Assembly: GCF_000143415.4 (NCBI RefSeq)
Contig: NW_003314274.1
Location: 208,794 to 272,793 of the forward strand
From: Selaginella moellendorffii
Lineage: Eukaryota; Plantae; Lycopodiophyta
Direction of reading: 5' to 3'
Length of the DNA: 64,000 bases
The notes under the pieces were generated by a model. That model made no database searches. It was not told where the DNA came from and saw only the letters and a program-made list of their open reading frames with translations. Within the stretch, counting starts at the first letter, position 1. Each line of letters opens with the position of its first letter. Below are positions 14,503 through 27,100 of this stretch, in pieces. The translations under genes were made by a program, and so were the position numbers.

Positions 14503-14567
<65 letters not shown>
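14503..14567. repeat. (TA)n microsatellite (others at ~6722-6743 and ~34690-34730)
   Basis: Direct reading. Confidence 0.95.
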
Positions 14568-14574
<7 letters not shown>

Positions 14575-14669
14575 TATATATACTATCATTTATAAATTTT
14601 TAAAAAAATTAACATATAATATGAATGTATCTTATGTTAATAATAAAATAAAATAGGGTCAAGTAGTTT

Positions 14670-14860
14670 CTAGCCTCGAGGGCCCAAGGTTATTCAAAGA
14701 ACCTCGGGCCCCCGGACCTGGAAAGTGCTTGAGGTCCAGCTCGGGCTCCCCACGTCGGGCACTTTTTGGCCTCAAGGGCCCGAGGTTATTCAAATAACCT
14801 CGGGCCCCTGGACCGGGAAAGTGCCCAAGGCCCAGCTCGGGCTCCCCACCTCGGGTTGAA
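14670..14860. repeat. Two units of a 96-bp hairpin tandem repeat
   Basis: Core GGTTATT-NN-AATAACC palindromes at 14688 and 14784. Confidence 0.85.
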
Positions 14861-17800
14861 AACTATTACTGACATTATTACTGACATTTTGATATATGAC
14901 AAGATTGTTTTCTCAAATAAAGATTCATTTAACTTGTTAATATTATATTCCATAATGCAAATTGGTATTCTCACATGCAACTATCAATTTGTAATGCTTG
15001 TGTATTACTATCTCATCCTTCAATATCTTGTCAACAATTATATATGAAGTGATAACACCCTTTATATAGTAGTTGCAGTAGTGCTTAAGAAAACTATAAA
15101 AGCCTAACCCAAGAAAAAAAAGGCATATTAGGCATCTTAGTATCAAACTCTCAATTTTTTCATTAATTCCCACTAAATCAAGAATGAATTCTTCTATGGA
15201 TTGGGTGTAGTAGATTTCAACTTAAGGAAACTCCCCATCATTAACTTTGTTAATAGCTTAAAAAACCTATATTTTACACTAACCAATGCATTATTTCCGA
15301 AGGGGATATTATTCCTCACCATGAAGCAATAGTGGGTATGTGTTCATAATTTAATTTTGAATTTATTGTACATCCACACTTTTAGACCTGTTGTTAGGCA
15401 ATTGCTATAGTGCTTAAGGAAATTTTGTAATGAAGACATTTTTCTTGTCCAAAAAAACAGTAGCATACTAGACATTGAATATAATAACAATTTGTGATTT
15501 TAAGCAATTTTGACATATTAAGAGCATGATCTTGCAAAAACATGTGGCACTACTCTTGAAGTGTTGGAGGTATCCCTCTCTAGTAACAATATTCAAAATT
15601 TTGTATATAGAGAGCTTTAGTTCAACTTCATAAAAACCCCAATAGAAAAAAGATTGTAATGTGGTTATAGTGGAGGTGAATGTGGAATGTTGGTAAACTT
15701 TAGGGATGAAGGTGGAGACTAATATAAGGTGTTAGGGACTCATGTACAAGTAGCAATGACTTTCCTTTGAGCCATTTCTATATTAAAGTTTTTAGGAGTG
15801 TAAGGATAATAAAAATACTATAATAACTAACTTTTCTTGGCATTTATATATTAATTTTTAGTCTTGGGAATGAGGTTTATTTATTATGACATTAATAATA
15901 CTCAGATTCTTGAAATGTCAATCTCAAAAATGAGATTTCATAATCATAGTCTACTTATGAATAGAAGAGCTAGAATTCTAGATACACATGCTAGAATATT
16001 TATCATTCTAATGACCATCTATATATATTCTTTTCTACACATGCCAACTTTCTAGAAAAATACACAATAGGGAAATATAAACTATATTATAGTAGCAGAA
16101 TACGCAAGCACGTAGGCCCATATACATTCTCTTATATGAGATTATCTTTCAATCTTGGAAATGTAAATAAACTTGATTCTTTGATGTGATATCACTTTTG
16201 AATCTTTTAAAAGATTTTGATTTCTATTATTATTATTCACAAATGACTCTCGAAAAATGCTAGTGAGGATTCATCCCAAAATATACCTTAGTCTTCTCAT
16301 ATAGGAGGATTGCGCTATAGGAAGGCAAGTAGAGTTGTTTTATATGAATTAATATATAAATTACTCTATAGAAAGCTCTATAGAGTAGATTTGTTGGTTT
16401 TTTTTTTTTTTTTTGCTATGTTCATTTCTTCATTTCTTTTGTTCTAGACTATTGTTGTAAAAGTGATAATAGCCTTTACATTCCCAGGGTGGGTAATAAG
16501 GACTAAGAGTGTAATATGAAGATTATGATAGTGAAAGGAAATTAATATTCTTACATTGATTTTCCCTATTTATAGATTTTTTATTTTACTTAAAAACTCT
16601 AGAATGAATGAATAGTACCAATATACACTATTAATGGCTACCCTTTAAAAAATTTATCTTGATTCATATTTAGGATTTTTTAACAAATTGCAAGAAAATC
16701 AAATTATGATAGTTGTAAAGATAGTCTTTAGTAGGTTCTTATGAACTTTATCTTTTTTAAATAACTCAATTTAGTAGAAACTTTTGACCTAGGTATTTAT
16801 ATATTTTAATATTTTAAAGTTTGTCAGAACTTTAATTTTTTTAACATAGATTTTCTTTGTAAGAGTTATAGTTGACTACATTGACTTATATTGACTTGCG
16901 CTGAATTGAGCTCAACTCAAGTTTGGACCATCCCTATTGAGTTGTATCATCATTTCAAGTGCATGAGTGCCAAACAAATGTTACGAGATCATGACTATAA
17001 TGTTGGTAGATGTCATCCTCACTAAAAAAATCAGAGTTGCTCAATGTCATGAACAAGGTTTTGCTTTTAAACATCAAACTACCTAGGCCTATATGGAGTT
17101 AGAAGTGAAATTATAAAACTTACACATTGATCTTTTGGCAAGCCAAGATAAATTTATTGACATCTAGAGGTCCCCTTGTATAGATATAGCTGACTAGAAT
17201 GTTGATATGGTAGACAAGATCATTGCGAAAATGATCGTCAATACACTTCATCTAAGCCCCATATTAATGGTTATTGTCAATAATTTGGAACATTGTCCCT
17301 GCAAGCTATTGAGTCTTAGGATGTCTAATAAGTATATTATCAAATTTCAGGGATTTCCTCCTCTAAATAGGATCCCAACTATTCACAATCTTAGATGTAA
17401 TGGTAATGATCTCTATTGTTCCTAGCTTGTAAAAAGAAACTAAAAACATGTCAATATTTGTTATGAGGCCATTCTATTTGAATAAGCTGTATATATCTGG
17501 ATTGACATACTTGAATGTTGTGCACATAAAGTTCGTCTGCTGCAAATAGCAAAGGGGGATTTCTCTGATCAAGTCATAAGGACTTGGCTATTTAAGCACC
17601 TCAAGTGTTTGGTGAATTATTTTTTCCATTGTCCACATAACAATCTCTTGGAAATGCTTCTCCACCACATTGTTAGGAAGGTTTGCAACTCTTTCAGCTC
17701 TAAGCTGTTCATCAAATTCCCTATTGTGAACATTACTAGATTGCCTAACTTCAAGGATTTATGCTGGTGGTGGGCCAATGAGGAGTAAAGGTGGTGGTAG

Positions 17801-18112
17801 CAAGGGTGGAGGCAATGGTGGCAATGGCGATAGTAATGGTGGTGGTGGTGATAACAGTGGTGGAGGTGGCGATGGCAGTAGCAATGGTGGTGGAGGCAAT
17901 GGATCTCTAACCAATTGCATCTCTATTGATATGCCAATGGATATATCAATTATAACATCTTTATTCCTATTTTCGTGTTTTTTCCTGGCTCCAACAACTT
18001 TTTTAAGTGGTACTATTTTCCTTTTTTACAAGAGAAGAAATTTTGTTAGTCAAACTAAACAAAGATAATAAAAAATTCAAACAGTCAAAGATTAAAAAAA
18101 AATCAAGTGGGC

Positions 18113-18512
18113 GCAAAGTCCATCTTGGGCACTTTGGGTGTCTAGAGGACTGAGGTTATTCAAATAACCTCAGCCCCTCAGGCCACCAAAATACCTGAGG
18201 TCAAACTCAGGCCCACCACCTCGGGCACTTTGGTGGCTAGAGGGGCCAAGGTTATTTGAATAACCTTTGCCCCCTAGGTAGCCAAAGTGCCTGGGGTGGC
18301 CAACCTGAACTCAACTTGGGGCACTTTGGAGGCTCAGGGGGTTGAGGTTATTCAAATAACCTCTGCCCCCCAAGCGGTTAGAGTGCCCGAGGTGGATAGT
18401 TCGAGCTCGACCTTTGGCACTTTAGAGGCATCATGGGCCGAGGTTATTCATATAACCTCTGCCCCCCAGGTGGCCAAAGTGCCTAAGGTGGCTAGACTGA
18501 ACTTGACCTCGC
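18113..18512. repeat. Four units of the same 96-bp hairpin tandem repeat
   Basis: Cores at 18154, 18250, 18346 and 18442 (exact 96-bp period), each inside GGCACTTTGG...CCAAAGTGCC arms. Confidence 0.9.
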
Positions 18513-20412
18513 TAGAAGAGGAGCAGGAAGAAAAAGTATAGAAGTAATCAAATGGAAACTCATCCTTGGTGGCATTGTTGCTTAGCTTCCAGATCTCTTG
18601 ATCCTGCTGAATCTTTCACACTTTCAATCAACTTGCACATTTGATCTTTTGCACTTTTGATCTCTCTTAATCTCAACTCATATTCACATTTGTGCGCTTC
18701 ATCTCCTACACTCTCCTGTGCTTGATCTCTCGCACTCTCCCACTCTTGATCTCTTGCAATCTCCCGCACTCAATCTCTCACACACTCTCCCACCCTCAAT
18801 CTCCTGATCTCTCGCATGCTCCACCTAATCTTGGCAGCTACCCTAACCCTAATCTCAATGGCTCCCCTAACCCTAACCAATCTTTCATCCTGGTTGTTCA
18901 TTTCGAATAACCTAAATCTCAACCGTCTTCAATCTTATTTTATCTTACCATTACTATTATATGTGAATTATGGTAATTTATTTTGTATATTTTAAAAACA
19001 ATAACTAGCACCTATCAATGTTAGAGATATGATATTAGTTATTTCTAAATTATCTAGAAAGGATGCATTCTTATTAATATTTTATACATATTTTAGAATT
19101 GTTACAAGAACTTTAAATAGCATAAATAAGGCACATTAAAATATGTTGTACTATATTACTCAATGAATAGATGAATCCTCATCCAAAAATCTATTTTATG
19201 TTATATTAGATCCTAAAAAATAGGCACGTGCTTTAAATGATATTGAGTAGTGTTCACATTTATGGATAAAACTTAAGTCATACTAAGAATCAAATCTGTC
19301 ATAGAAGAATAAGTTTTGATAAGATTTATCATTATCTATCACTTAAGATTTGACAACCTGGCACATCACACGTATTGACAGTTGGATTAGATCTCTTAGA
19401 CTGACATGATATAGTAGAATGTCATTACTAATATCATTATTGACTATCAAACTTCACGTGCTGAAAATCTTTCTTTGGATTTATGTGCATACATGCATTA
19501 GACATCATAATAGATGACAGCAATATTAATATTGTCACACTTGCACATGTTAAATTTGCTATAGAATTTAAATTCATTTTATACATTGTTGACATTCTTC
19601 TTATTACTCTCCTTAACTTTCAATTATATTTCACTGTGGATTTTTACAAGCAACATAAAGAGAGAGAGAGAATTCTAAAACCTATTGAGAAGGATGGAGA
19701 AGTTTTTTCTACATTTCAAGATCACCCACCTCTTCCATTCTCTCAAAGTATTATTTTTGAAAGTTTTTTATGTTGGCGTTTTGATCTTGTCTTGGCTCTA
19801 TTTTTTTAGATGCTATGATTTGCAATAACACCAATATAATTGCATGCTCGGAGTTTCTTCATTTTAGTGTGGATAAGGGTAAACAACAATGAAATTTATA
19901 GAATTCCAAGTCAAAGGAGATTCAAGTTTTTGGATCTCCAGTCAAAGTGCCAAGATGCACTCTAGCCAAAGTAAATATGAAGTAAGAGTCAGTCATCAAC
20001 CTCTCCTTCTCTTTTAGTTCAAGTGGAGAAGTCATGTTAGTGTCAAGACCCCTGACAAGATCAAGATTGGAAAATGCAAAAAGACAAAGAGAAAAGCTAG
20101 TGGAAACAAAGAAGAGGCCTTAGACTGGCGTTGATTCAGATTGTGGAGAAATGGAACAAGGCTAACCTATATATACTATAGGTTGATGAAGCTCCACCAC
20201 TCTTGGATCGAGGATGGCCTAAATATAGCTGAGGTCGAGGAGGCACCACATCATCATCAGGAATGTGGCTCGAGACTCAGGAATCGGGAAGTGTCTCGAG
20301 ACTCAGGAATCGGGAAGTGTCTCGAGAGTCAGGAATATGGTCTGCAAGTCAGGAATCCGGCAAGAGTCAGGAATGTGGCAAGAATTGGGGGATTCCTGAC
20401 AGCACCCCCTCC

Positions 20413-23243
20413 TCAAGAACGAGTGGAACGAGGATGTGAACGAGAACGAAGAGGAGGATGAGATGAGCGGCGAGGGATGGGAGATGGAGAAAAAGAATGA
20501 GGACTAGGATGAGAAGGATAGCAGCGGTGGAAGTCCTGAACAAGGTCAGGAGAATGAAGTAGGTTGTTTGCAGGTTCCCAAGTGCGTTCCTCAGGTCCGT
20601 AACCCTTCCAGTCCACTAGATAGTAGAGTTTAGACCGTGAAATCTTGGAATCAAGGATGTCCTGAACCTCGTACTCAGACCCATCCTCGAGCTGCACTGG
20701 TGGAGGTGGAGGAATGACCCGATTTGGAATAGGACTGGGAATATAAGGCTCAAGGAGAGAGGAGTGAAAAACGGGGTGAATTTGATATGAGGAGGGAAGT
20801 GCAAGGCGATAAGTGACAGGATTAATGATGGCAGTGATAGGGAAAGGACCAAGGCGTTTGAAATCGAGTTTTGGACAGGGCCTGGTGGTGGAGATATTTC
20901 GCCTGAGGAGCCAAACTTTATCCCTGATATTGTAAGGGGGACAATCCTGACGAATGCTTTATTTCGTTAAAGTGGGACTTATTCAGTAAAGTGGGACATT
21001 AATTAGCATGTGTCCACATGCCATTTTCTAGTACTTAATTAATATTTATTAATATTTCTATCAGTTTTTTAATTTATTTTTTTATATTTCACAATATTAT
21101 AACACAAAATCATATGAAAAGTTTTTAATTTATAAATTATAAAGTTAAAACTTCAATTTTTTATTGTTATTATAAAAATGGCATGTGGCCACACACCATA
21201 AGTGGGATAATGAAAAGTCCCACTTTAACGAAATAAAGCATACGATGGACATTGGCAAATGTTTTATGAAATTCCTGAGCACGATGGAGGTGGAAGGAGA
21301 TGGAGTTGTGGATTTCTTGGAGGTTGGAGATAAATGCCTCAGAGCGGGGATTTGAACGAGAGGATTCAGATGGAGAAGGAAGTGAGAGATTGAATCGGGG
21401 ATTTCGGCCAGAGTTCGCAAAGAAGGGGGAAACTCGAAGAGAGGAGTGAACAGAGTTGTTATAGGAGAACTCAGCAAGGGGAAGGATATTGAACCAGTTA
21501 TCCTGATGATAGTTGATGAAGCACCTCAAGAATTGTTCCAACGTCTGAATCGTTCGCTCGGACTGCCCATCAGTTTGAGGATGATATGCCGAAGAGAGGT
21601 TGGCCTTCACTCCAAGCAGCTGCAAAAACTGTTGCCAGAAATGAGAGATGAACTGAGGCCCCCGATCCGAAACCACATCTGTAGGAATCCCATGAAGTCG
21701 GAAAATTTCCCTGAATACCAGTTTTGCCATGTCCTCGCCCGAAAACTCCTTGGTACATGGCAAGAAGTGCGCCATCTTTGTGAAGCGATCCACCACGACT
21801 AAAATGCTGTTGAAGCCTCCAGAACTCGGAAGATCACTCAAGAAATCCATGGAGATGGATTCCTAAGGACCTGAAGGGACCGGAAGGGAACGAAGCAAAC
21901 CTGAAGGAAGGTGGCGAGGTACCTTATTCCGGGCACAAGTGTCACAGGAGGTAACAAAAGCTTTGATGTAATCGTCCATGTGAGGCCACCAAAAGTCCCG
22001 TGCAACTAGCTCATAGGTTTTCGCAATGCCAAAGTGACCAGCAGTCGGGCTATCGTGGCACGCCATCAGGACCAACCTTCGAGCATCACCTTCAGGAACG
22101 TAAAGCTGCTCCCCACGGTACAATAACCCATCTAAGAACTCGAACTCGTCAAATCGCCGGCAGTCGGGAGTCACTGGGTGTCCAGCCTGAAGATGGGGGA
22201 AAATGTCGCTAACTTGTTCAAACCTCGGTAGTCGATGACTAGCTGCAAGCTCCTATCCTTCTTCTTGACAAAGAAGACAGGCGCTCCAGCCAGGGACTGC
22301 GAATGCTGAATGTAGCCCGAGGCAAGGTTCTCATCCACGTACTCTTTGAGGGCCTTAAGCTCGGACGAGGATAACCCATAGATAGGCCCCCACGGAGGTG
22401 ACATTCCTTCCTATAAATCAATGGGACAATCATAAGGCCGATGAACAGGCAGTACACTAGCTTTTTTCTTGTCAAACACATCCCCAAAATCATGATACTT
22501 CTCAAGAAGATTGACAGGAGAAACATGCAAAGCAAAAAGAAAAAGAGGTTCTTCATGAAGGAGTTCTTTCATAGTGATTGTGGAGATAGGAGGAGGCGTA
22601 TGACTAAATGGAATGATGAGACGAGGATACGGTCCAGTGTAAGATGGAAGAGAGGAAAAAGAAGAGGGTGAAAACTTTATAGAGTCAGGAACAGAACCCC
22701 GATTTGAGTTTAGGGAACTTTTCCTGATTCGGACTCAATGAACAACAGGGGAAGCCATGGGAGAGATGAGCTGTAATTCCTTCCAACAGATCTGAGGCTG
22801 ATGTAGTTGGAACCAAGGAAGACTGAGCACCACAGAGGAGGACTTGCTGTTGATGATGTTGAAGGTGATATCGGTGACGGTGGACCCGATGTGTACTCGA
22901 ACAGGCAACGTTTCCCTAAGTCCAGAAGATGGAGACACAAAATGCCCGCCAATGCCTTCAACCCTCAAATCCCGTATGGTAGGAGAAAGAGGAACGTGAT
23001 GTCGTGATGTCGGGCAGCAAAGTCCATGTCCATGAAGCAGGAAGTTGCACCCGAGTCCAGTAATGCCAGAGCCTTGAGTCCTGATTGTCTGGTGAAAGAA
23101 AGGAGACATGGGACTCGGATGTTGCGGGAATTGGTGGTGGCTTTGATGAAAGGTGGTGAGGAGCTTGATAAAGAAGAAAAGTGATTTTTATTCGGGGAGT
23201 CCAAACAGACAGCTCCTACTTTGTTTGGACAGGGTCGTTTCCC
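20413..23243 (-). pseudogene. pol: Pol remnant: protease, RT N-terminus only, integrase (split by a MITE), chromodomain
   Basis: ALLDSGATSCF; GAPVFFVKKKD..IDYRGLNK, then an abrupt jump to HDSPTAGHFG..CDTCARNK; SDRGPQF, QTDGQSER; EYEVQDILDS..YLVDWKGYGPEERTWEP. Stops and frameshifts present. Confidence 0.92.
20954..21241. mobile_element. 288-bp MITE inserted in the integrase C-terminus
   Basis: Same TIRs as 9495-9782. TSD ACGA (20950-20953 / 21242-21245). Removing it restores ...ANVHR|QDCPPYNIRDKVWL. Confidence 0.96.
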
Positions 23244-24100
23244 GACTGCAATAGAGGTGGACTTTGAGGCAGAGTGAACTCGAGCAGTCGAGGAGGCTTC
23301 TTGGGACATACAGCTGCTTTGTGATTAGGATCAGCACAATAGAGGCAAAGATTATGAGATATTCGACGTTGCTTCTCAGCAGGACTCAACTTCCCTCTAA
23401 TGAGTCGGGGAGTACCAGAAATATCCATCGGAACTGGAGCAGTAGGTTCAGGAGTATGCCCCGAAGACTCAAGCTGGGATTCCTGAGTCTGGGACGGAAA
23501 AACAGCGGCGCGGCGACTTTCCTGACAACGTTCAAAGAGACAATTGTCACATCGAACAGCTTTGTTGATGGCATCCGACAGGTCCTTGGGATCCTCCATG
23601 GTGAGCAACAAATCCTTGACACCGTTGTTGAGGCCGAAACGAAATTGGTCAATCAGGGCCCGCTCATCCCACTGAGTGTCCAAAGCAAGGAGTTGGAACT
23701 CTGCAGCGTAGATCAAGGCAGGACGAGACCCCTGAGAGAGACGTCTCATCTTTGTGGTAGCAGCCCGAACCCGATCCATCTCGCCAAAACATGCTTCGAG
23801 CTTCTCTTTGAACAATTGAAGATCCATCAGCTTTGGAACCACGACCCCTTTCATGCTCTTCTCCAGAAGAGGAGAAAACCATGACAAAGCTGCACCTTCG
23901 AGCAACGTCCCAATCGCGCCGATTTGAGACTCGGGAGTAGGGTACCGCCGATGTTGAAGTGCGAAGATCAACTCCATCTGGTTTAGGAATCCGCGAAGCT
24001 CCGAACGCTTGCCTGAAAATTTCGCCAGGAAGCTCACCTTCGGTTCAGGAACTTTGCTGGATCCTTGAGCCGAAAGTGAAGCAAGCTCCTGCTACATGCG
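23216..24100 (-). pseudogene. gag: Retrotransposon Gag with CCHC zinc knuckle
   Basis: AKFSGKRSELRGFL..., YAAEFQLLA, FRFGL, CLYCADPNHKAAVC. Start codon uncertain. Confidence 0.9.
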
Positions 24101-27100
24101 AAGAAGGGTCGCCTTCAGCTTGGTATTCTCAGACTGGATTTTTGCAAGGACTTCAGCAAAGAAATCAGGATGGCTTGGAGACTCCATTGGCAAGAAGAAA
24201 GGAAAAAGGGGGAAAAAAAGGCAAAGGTAATCAAACAATCAAAACGAGCTAAATCAAAAAACGAAAAAACACAATCTGAATCAAACTGTCAAGACCCCTG
24301 ACAAGATCAAGATTGGAAAATGCAAAAAGACAAAGAGAAAAGCTAGTGGAAACAAAGAAGAGGCCTTATACTGGCGTTGATTCAGATTGCGGAGAAATGG
24401 AACAAGGCTAACCTATATATACTATAGGTTGATGAAGCTCCACCACTCTTGGATCGAGGACGGCCTAAATATAGCTGAGGTCGAGGAGGCGCCACATCAT
24501 CATCAGGAATGTGGCTCGAGACTCAGGAATCAGGAAGTGTCTCGAGAGTCAGGAATAGGAAAGTGTCTCGAGAGTCAGGAATATGGTCTGCAGGTCAGGA
24601 ATCCGGCGAGAGTCAGGAATGTGGCAAGAATTGGGGGATTCCTGACAGTTAGTGCCAGCACCATATTCACTAGCTCTATCTTTAGCAATATTCAAAGTCG
24701 TTAGTGATGCTTTTTAATTTTCACAGCTCTCAATCAATATGCACTTGTTTTTATATAGGCTCATGAGCAAGCTTCCATCCTCTTACAACAGCAACATTTT
24801 CTTCGAGCTACCACCTTTTATTAGTAGCATAGGTTCCAAATAGAAGGGGATATAAACCAAGCAAGATGTCCACAATTGGTATAAGATCAAGATCACACAC
24901 TTTTAGCATTTCAAAGGCATAGTGTCTATAGTTAGGTAGGCATTTAAATTGTGTGGATGAAGCATATAATCAAGATTGCTATAGAAATTTTATATTTTTT
25001 GAAGGGTTTGCAATCAATCCTCCTGCCTATGATACCATTGTTATTGGATTCAAGTGTTGATTTTGCAAAACCACCATGCTATTTGCGAGGTCAAAATGTA
25101 TTATTTTCTTCCGCAAGATGGAGTGGCTAGAAGAGCTGCAGTGCATATTGACACACACATGCATCTAAGTTCTCTCAACTGTTTCAAAGATGTGCAGAAA
25201 GAGATTATGAGAAACTCATTTGCAACTCCAAAGCATATTTAGAGGATCATCCTCAAAGATTTTATCACAAATATCTTACTTAATTTGGGTTGCCAAAAGA
25301 CTTAATTAAATGAGGCTAGCTTATAAAACTTACTATAAGGAGTATAACTTGCTACTAGTCTGAGGAGGTATGTTTGTTGTATTTCATACATTACAAACAT
25401 ATCTTTTTCTTACATTATATTGTTTAAAATAAAATCTTGGATGTGTGAATCTTGAGAGGGGAAGTTGCAATCAACAATTGACTCTATCCTTGAACTAAAA
25501 TGGACTTGTCTATACTAGTTCATTCATGGAAGTTTATTTCTAGACTAAGTGATGAATGAGTAGAAATGCCCTTTCGTTTTCAAGATGTCTACAATATGCT
25601 CTGCCTTTGGTGTAGATCTTATCTCTTGAATGGACATGTTTGGGTTTAATGACCTTGCAAATGCATAAGTACATTTTGACCATATGGGGCATGTATCAGG
25701 TTGGACAACCATGGGAAAACATGTATATGATCCAAGGTAATTTTTATTCTCATTATATTAAATGGTTGTAATATTTATGTTTTCGCAGGTTATATTATAA
25801 TTTAACAATTGCAACAACAGAGTTTAAAATACTAAACCAGACAGCCCAGGAAATATTTTAGAAATCCCTCTCCGATATTGTACTAAAGTGCACTAGTAAG
25901 CTTATAAACTTTATGGTTTCATGGTAGATAGGGCTGGTGCAAATTAAAATGTTATTTGAGCAATTTTTGGGAATGGTCAGCCATTAGAAGGTTGTGAGAG
26001 AACTTGTGAATTTTACTACCACTTTCACCATAAGTCCTTTTTTTGCAAAGGAGTGATTTTACTGCATATAGTGCTTGTATATCTTTATTTCTATTTTTAG
26101 CATCTCAAAAAATATTTTATAGTAGTCTTTAGGGTGTGTGATGTTGTAATGTGTCACAAGAGCATATATACTATCATACTGATCATTATCATTATTTCCA
26201 CCAAAAGCCAAAAAACATATAAAGCATTTCTTGAAAATCATGGAATTGCAATTTTCTAAAAAAAGTAGGAGAGCATTCTTTTTCACCCAATTTATAACAC
26301 CCTCTATCATTGCATTTATCTCCAACTCATGATCACTATTTTCATTATCTTCTCTTTCTTTCTCTTGTGTGATTTGGTTATACTGTCAATAAAATAATTA
26401 TTGCATCTCTTATCCCTTAAACCCTAGAAAGCAAGATTGTGAAAGTTAAAATTACCAAGACTAGAACTTATAGACATTTGTGTGTATTTCCCTCTCTTCG
26501 AATGAGAGTGCGAGTGAAGATCCATAAATTCTAGATAATATTCTATGACAAACCCTTCAAAAATGTATTTTAAAAAAAAATCAAATCTCTCTTTTATATG
26601 CAACAAGCTTACATCAATGTTTATTTTTTCCTTTTAAACAATTATATGGCCTTATATAGAATTTTATTTCAAATTTAATAATTTTTAAATTCTGACAAAT
26701 CTAATATTTACTAGCCAAAAAGCACAGAGTACAGATTTAAAGAAGTGACAAGAATACTTTTTTTGCAAACATTTTATTTTATGTTTTAACAAATACTCTA
26801 CACATTATATAGATAAATATGTTCTAAAGGACACTTCTTGACTTAATAATTTAAATATTTACTACCTGTTATAATAGGGAAGTTGTGAAATTATTAAGTT
26901 TGCCATAACTTTAATATTTTAAAGTTTATAATGTTTGTATTAAATTACAATTGAAACTTAAGCTCAACTCATAAGCTCAACTCTTCAACTTGTGAGCTTA
27001 AATATGGTCCACACTCTATTAAGCCATTAATATGCTAAAATAGCACCAAATTCTATTTGCTCTATTTTCCATGTTAGTTTTGATATTAAGATGCTAAAAA

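Larger units (their letters stand above)
20041..24647 (-). mobile_element. Ty3/gypsy chromovirus (Tf1/sushi/Tcn1-like), internally deleted
   Basis: 361-bp LTRs at 20041-20401 and 24287-24647 (TG..CA, ~10 mismatches). TSD GTTAG. PPT GAGGAGGGGGTGC next to the 3' LTR. Gag, protease, integrase and chromodomain are present. Confidence 0.96.

Noticed and set aside
17050-17760. Possible Ulp1-like protease remnant on the minus strand
   Set aside because: Multiple stops and no clear His/Asp/Cys motifs; too weak to call.
18113-18512. CRISPR-like repeat/spacer appearance
   Set aside because: The spacers are related to each other, the context is eukaryotic, and there are no cas genes.
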